From an uncultured Bacteroidota bacterium (GTDB lineage: Bacteria > Bacteroidota > Ignavibacteria > UBA10030 > UBA6906), in NCBI GenBank assembly GCA_963700635.1, contig CAVOYH010000003.1, forward strand, positions 992,001-1,056,000: a stretch of 64,000 nt of DNA. Direction: 5' to 3'. The position numbers and the translations under genes were made by a program. The notes under the pieces were generated by a model that did no database searches, was not told the DNA's origin, and saw only the letters and a list, made by a program, of their open reading frames with translations. This document shows positions 59,524-64,000 of this stretch, piece by piece. The first letter of the stretch is position 1; every line of letters starts with the position of its first letter.

Positions 59524-60792
59524 ATGCTCGATATAAAGATTCTTCGCGAACAATCAGACGTCGTCCGTGCCGGCGTCCGGAGGAAGGGTGAAGATCCCTC
59601 CCTTGTTGACAGGGCGCTGGAATGTGACCAGCAGCGGCGCCATCTCCTGCAGAAGGGGGAAACGCTAAAAAGCCGGAAAAACACCGCCTCCCAGCAGGTC
59701 GCTGCGATGAAAGCGAAAAAGGAAGATGCGGCAGCCGTGATTGCGGAAATGCGCGGCGTAGCGGATGAGATCAAAACGCTCGACGATGAGTTACGGGTCG
59801 CGGAAGAATCGTTACGATCGGTGATGCTCCAGATTCCGAATCTTCCCGATCCTTCGGTCCCTGATGGCACGAGTCCGGCTGACAACAAACCGATCTCGTT
59901 GTGGGGCGAACCGCCCGTGATCGACTTTGCTCCGAAGCCCCATTGGGATTTGATCAAGTCGCTGGGAATTGTGGATTTCGACCGGGGCACAAAGATCACC
60001 GGCGCCGGCTTTCCCGTGTATGTGGGAAAAGGCGCACGGCTTGAGCGTGCGCTTATCTCATTCTTCCTGGATTATGCGGTGAACGCGGGGTATACCGAAC
60101 TCCTTCCTCCGCTTCTGGTCAATGAGGTCAGTGCCACCGGAACCGGGCAGCTGCCCGATAAAGAGGGACAGATGTACGTTACCCAGGCGGACCAGCTGTA
60201 TCTTGTCCCGACGGCGGAAGTTCCCGTGACAAATTTCTATCGCGACGAAATAATCCCGGAAGAACATCTTCCGGTCCGTTTATGCGCATATACGCCCTGT
60301 TTTCGCCGTGAAGCTGGATCGTACGGCAAGGACGTTCGTGGTTTGAATCGGTTACACCAGTTTGATAAAGTAGAACTTGTGAACCTGGTGCACCCTTCGG
60401 CATCCGCCGGAGCGCTCGAAGTAATGCGCGCACATGCAGAAGAACTCCTGAGGAAACTTGGACTGCACTATCGTGTGTTACTAATGTGTGCAGCGGATCT
60501 GGGGTTTACCCAGACGAAGAAGTACGATCTGGAGGTCTGGTCTGTGGGGCAACAACGTTGGCTGGAGGTTTCCTCGGTGAGCAATTTTGAATCGTATCAG
60601 GCGCGCCGCCTGAATATCCGGTACCGTCCCGGCGGAGGCGGCAAGCCCGAAATCGTTCACACGCTGAACGGCTCGGCCCTTGCGCTCCCGCGTATCGTGG
60701 CGGCCCTCCTGGAAAACTGCCAGACCCCGGAAGGAAAGGTCGTTCTTCCCTCGGTTCTGCATCCGTACACCGGTTTTGGCGTGATAGGCTGA
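59524..60792 (+). CDS. serS: Serine-tRNA ligase
   Basis: PTAEVP, FRREAGS, RLHQFDKVE, HTLNGS. Confidence 0.97.
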   Translation: MLDIKILREQSDVVRAGVRRKGEDPSLVDRALECDQQRRHLLQKGETLKSRKNTASQQVAAMKAKKEDAAAVIAEMRGVADEIKTLDDELRVAEESLRSVMLQIPNLPDPSVPDGTSPADNKPISLWGEPPVIDFAPKPHWDLIKSLGIVDFDRGTKITGAGFPVYVGKGARLERALISFFLDYAVNAGYTELLPPLLVNEVSATGTGQLPDKEGQMYVTQADQLYLVPTAEVPVTNFYRDEIIPEEHLPVRLCAYTPCFRREAGSYGKDVRGLNRLHQFDKVELVNLVHPSASAGALEVMRAHAEELLRKLGLHYRVLLMCAADLGFTQTKKYDLEVWSVGQQRWLEVSSVSNFESYQARRLNIRYRPGGGGKPEIVHTLNGSALALPRIVAALLENCQTPEGKVVLPSVLHPYTGFGVIG

Positions 60793-60796
60793 GCCG

Positions 60797-62557
60797 GTGA
60801 AATCGCTCCTCCGCCTTCTTCCATACCTCAGACGGTATCGAAAGCTTCTGCTCTGGGGAATTCTGGCTGTTGTGTTCAGCAACCTGTTTACCGTGGCACA
60901 GCCGCTCTTTATCGGACGGGCCATTGACGTGCTCAAGACCGGACTTGAAACCGGCCAGCTTGATTCGTCGGATCTGTTGATGTATGCACTTCTCGTTGTC
61001 GGGTTCTCTCTTATTTCCGGCTTTTTCTCGTTTTTGACGCGGCAGAGTATTATCGTTGTTTCCCGCCACATCGAGTACGACCTGCGGAACGATTTCCTTT
61101 CCCACATCCAGAAACTCTCCCTTTCATTCTTTCAGAAAACCCCCACCGGCGACCTGATGGCACACGCCACCAATGATATCAGCGCCGTGCGCAGCGTCCT
61201 GGGTCCGGGGATCATGTATCCCACGGATACCCTGATGACCTTCGTTATGGTGATAGGCATGATGCTGACGCTGGACTGGGAGCTGACGCTGCTGGGACTG
61301 GTCCCGCTGCCGTTTGTGTCGTTCGCCGTCTATCGACTCGGCAAGCTCGTACACAAGAAGTTCGAAGAGCGGCAGGAAAAGTACTCGGAACTGACAACGC
61401 GCGCCCAGGAGAACCTCTCGGGTATCCGGGTGGTGAAAGCATACGTGAGGGAACAGTATGAGACCGGACTCTTCCGGTCGCTGAGCCGGGAGTACCTGAA
61501 AAAAAATCTGGTCCTCGCGCGCGTCCAGTCTATCATGTGGCCGTTGATGTTTCTGCTTGTCGGGTTCTCTCTGATTCTCACGCTCTACTTCGGCGGCCTG
61601 AAGGTGATCAACGGTCAGATGAGTATCGGCATCCTGACGGCCTTTTTCGGATATCTGGTGATGCTCATCTGGCCCATGATTGCCTTCGGATGGGTGATCA
61701 ATCTGCTCCAGCAGGGGTCCGCGTCGATGAACCGGCTGGGGAAGATCATGGATACCGAACCGGAGATCAGAGATACCGCAGCCACGGATCACAGCATCAC
61801 GCACATCAACGGCAAAGTGGAATTCCGGCATGTGTCGTTCCGGCACGAGAACGCCCTTCGTAATACGCTGGAAGACGTCAGTCTCATACTCCCCGCCGGC
61901 TCCACGCTGGCCGTTGTCGGGTACACCGGTTCAGGAAAAAGTACGCTTGTCAATCTGCTCACCCGCCTGCTGGATGTCACGGGGGGGGAATTGTTTATTG
62001 ATGATCGGGACATCCGCCGGATCCCCCTCTCGGTACTCCGTTCCCATATCGGGTATGTTCCGCAGGAGACATTTCTCTTTTCGGAAACGATCGCAGACAA
62101 CATCCGGTATGGTGTTGATGCGAGTGATGAGCCGACCATCCGTGACGCCGCAGAGGTCGCCCAGCTCAGTAAAGACGTGGCAGACTTTCCGAAGCAATAC
62201 GCCACGATGCTCGGCGAGCGCGGCATCACGCTGTCGGGTGGGCAGAAGCAGCGCACCAGTATAGCCCGGGCAGTCATGCGGCAACCGTCGATCCTGATTC
62301 TGGATGATGCCCTGTCGGCCGTGGATACCTACACCGAAGAGGAAATCCTCAAACGGCTCCGGGGTGTGATGAAGGGACGCACGAGTATCCTGATCAGTCA
62401 CCGGATCTCCACGGTAAAAGATGCCGACATGATCGTCGTGCTGCATGAGGGCAGGATCGTCGAACGCGGCGTGCACGACACACTCGTCGCGGATGGCGGC
62501 ATCTATGCCGAGCTGCACCGTAAACAATTGTTGGAAGAAGAGATCGAGCACCTCTGA
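60797..62557 (+). CDS. ABC exporter, fused permease/ATPase (MdlA-like)
   Basis: GYTGSGKS, LSGGQKQR, LDDALSAVD. Confidence 0.93.
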   Translation: MKSLLRLLPYLRRYRKLLLWGILAVVFSNLFTVAQPLFIGRAIDVLKTGLETGQLDSSDLLMYALLVVGFSLISGFFSFLTRQSIIVVSRHIEYDLRNDFLSHIQKLSLSFFQKTPTGDLMAHATNDISAVRSVLGPGIMYPTDTLMTFVMVIGMMLTLDWELTLLGLVPLPFVSFAVYRLGKLVHKKFEERQEKYSELTTRAQENLSGIRVVKAYVREQYETGLFRSLSREYLKKNLVLARVQSIMWPLMFLLVGFSLILTLYFGGLKVINGQMSIGILTAFFGYLVMLIWPMIAFGWVINLLQQGSASMNRLGKIMDTEPEIRDTAATDHSITHINGKVEFRHVSFRHENALRNTLEDVSLILPAGSTLAVVGYTGSGKSTLVNLLTRLLDVTGGELFIDDRDIRRIPLSVLRSHIGYVPQETFLFSETIADNIRYGVDASDEPTIRDAAEVAQLSKDVADFPKQYATMLGERGITLSGGQKQRTSIARAVMRQPSILILDDALSAVDTYTEEEILKRLRGVMKGRTSILISHRISTVKDADMIVVLHEGRIVERGVHDTLVADGGIYAELHRKQLLEEEIEHL

Positions 62558-64000
62558 TGCAGGAAGACGAAGTCCTCGGCAAGGCATATGACAGCTCCCT
62601 GATGCGGCGTCTTCTGCACTACCTGAAGCCGTACCGGTGGCATGTGATAGCGGGCATCCTGCTCAGCGTAGCGGTGTCCGGCATGGAAGCCGTGCGCCCC
62701 TACTTCACCAAAATTGCGGTTGACGTGAACATCGCCCAGCGTGACCCCGAAGGCCTGCTGGTCACGACGCTCATCTTCTTTGCGATCATGGTGGTCCGCG
62801 GTTTTGTGCAGTACCTGAACACGTATCTGACACAATGGATAGGCCAGCAGACAATCTTCGACCTCCGGATGGAGGTCTTTGAACATCTCCAGCGGCTGGG
62901 ACTGCGGTACTTCGACCGGAACCCCATCGGACGACTGATCACCCGGGTCACGAATGACATCGAAGTCCTGAATGACATGTTCTCTTCCGGTATTGTGATG
63001 GTGTTCAGCGATGTCTTCACCATCATCGGCATTCTCTATTTTATGTTTTCCATGAACTGGCAGCTGGCCTTGATCTCGCTCAGCGTGCTCCCTCTGCTCT
63101 TCTATGGTACGTTTCTCTTCCGGAAAAAAGCCCGGGGGGCATACCGGGAGGTTCGCCTTCACATTGCACGGATTAATGCCTTCATGCAGGAACATATCAC
63201 CGGCATGCTGGTGGATCAGGTCTTCAACCGGGAGAAGAAGGCGTTCACACAGTTTGCAGACATCAACGCAAAGCACCGTGATGCCAACATCAAATCCATT
63301 TTCTACTATGCGCTGTTTTATCCCGGGGTCGAGCTCATCGGCGCCATTGCCATCGGACTCATTATCTGGTACGCGGGGGTGGATGCGCTGGATGGCATGG
63401 TGACGATCGGGACGGTGATGGCCTTCCTGCAGTTTAACGAGATGTTCTGGAGGCCCATACGGGATCTTTCGGAGAAATACAATATCATGCAGACTGCGAT
63501 GGCCAGCTCGGAGCGGGTGTTCCGGCTTCTGGACGATCGTACGCTGATCCACGACCCGGAACATCCCCTTCCACTCCCGACCGTGCGGGGAGACATCGAG
63601 TTCAGGAACGTATGGTTTTCGTACGCACCTGTCGTCGACGGACAGGAACCGGAGTGGGTTCTCAAAAATGTATCGTTTCTCGATCAAGGCGGGCGAGAGC
63701 GTGGCCATCGTGGGCCATACCGGCGCGGGCAAGACCACGATTACCAGTTTGCTGAGCCGGTTTTACGATGTTCAACGCGGACAGATTCTTGTGGACGGTC
63801 TGGATATCCGGCAGGTGACGCAGGCCGACCTCCGCCGGCATATGGCTGTGGTGCTTCAGGATGTGTTCCTCTTTTCCGGGGACATCGCAGGGAATATCGG
63901 ATTAGGGAACGACGTTATCCCGGATGACCGGATCCGTGCGGCCGCGCGGGTCGTCGGGGCTGACCGGTTCATCAAGGATCTGCCCGGGCAATACCATGCG
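62557..64000 (+). CDS. ABC exporter, fused permease/ATPase (MdlB-like); +1 frameshift near 63677; runs off window end
   Basis: TM domain up to LKNVSF, then [19 protein letters not shown] (Walker A) in a shifted frame. Confidence 0.9.

Noticed and set aside
63660-63690. Programmed frameshift in the ABC exporter
   Set aside because: No canonical slippery heptamer or stimulatory structure seen; a homopolymer error is more likely

Overview
GC-rich bacterial chromosomal window with canonical sigma70 promoters (TTGACn-N17-TAnnnT). Gene content suggests an Ignavibacteria/Bacteroidota-related (FCB-group) organism; this is inference. (1) 1-14.7 kb is a signalling island: a beta-propeller histidine kinase and NarL regulator, three Ser/Thr kinase-TolB-like-TPR receptors, a kinase pseudogene, a 28-codon kinase remnant, a GAF-PP2C phosphatase, and a small protein with an NHLP-like leader, polyproline and a histone-like heptad tail. 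(2) 14.7-27.1 kb is DNA-repair flavoured. A UvrD-family helicase is cleanly split by a 1090-bp block carrying a homocysteine methyltransferase. DUF72 lies in the same minus-strand run. Divergent from it is an archaeal-type iRadA-arCOG07300-PolB2 cassette with a palindromic operator inside its promoter. A NYN ribonuclease gene follows, preceded by its own promoter and a two-hairpin leader RNA. (3) 27-42 kb holds an ABC-2/NEW3/PDZ operon and an OmpR-type two-component pair that share a phased GTTAA box, with glnK-amtB lying between two identical 17-bp copies of it. (4) 42-64 kb is mostly housekeeping (priA, murB, larC, waaA, hisA, purE, rfbD, serS, ABC exporters). No rRNA, tRNA, CRISPR array, integrase or transposase was seen. 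Several single-base frameshifts suggest residual sequencing error, so structural oddities need read-level confirmation.
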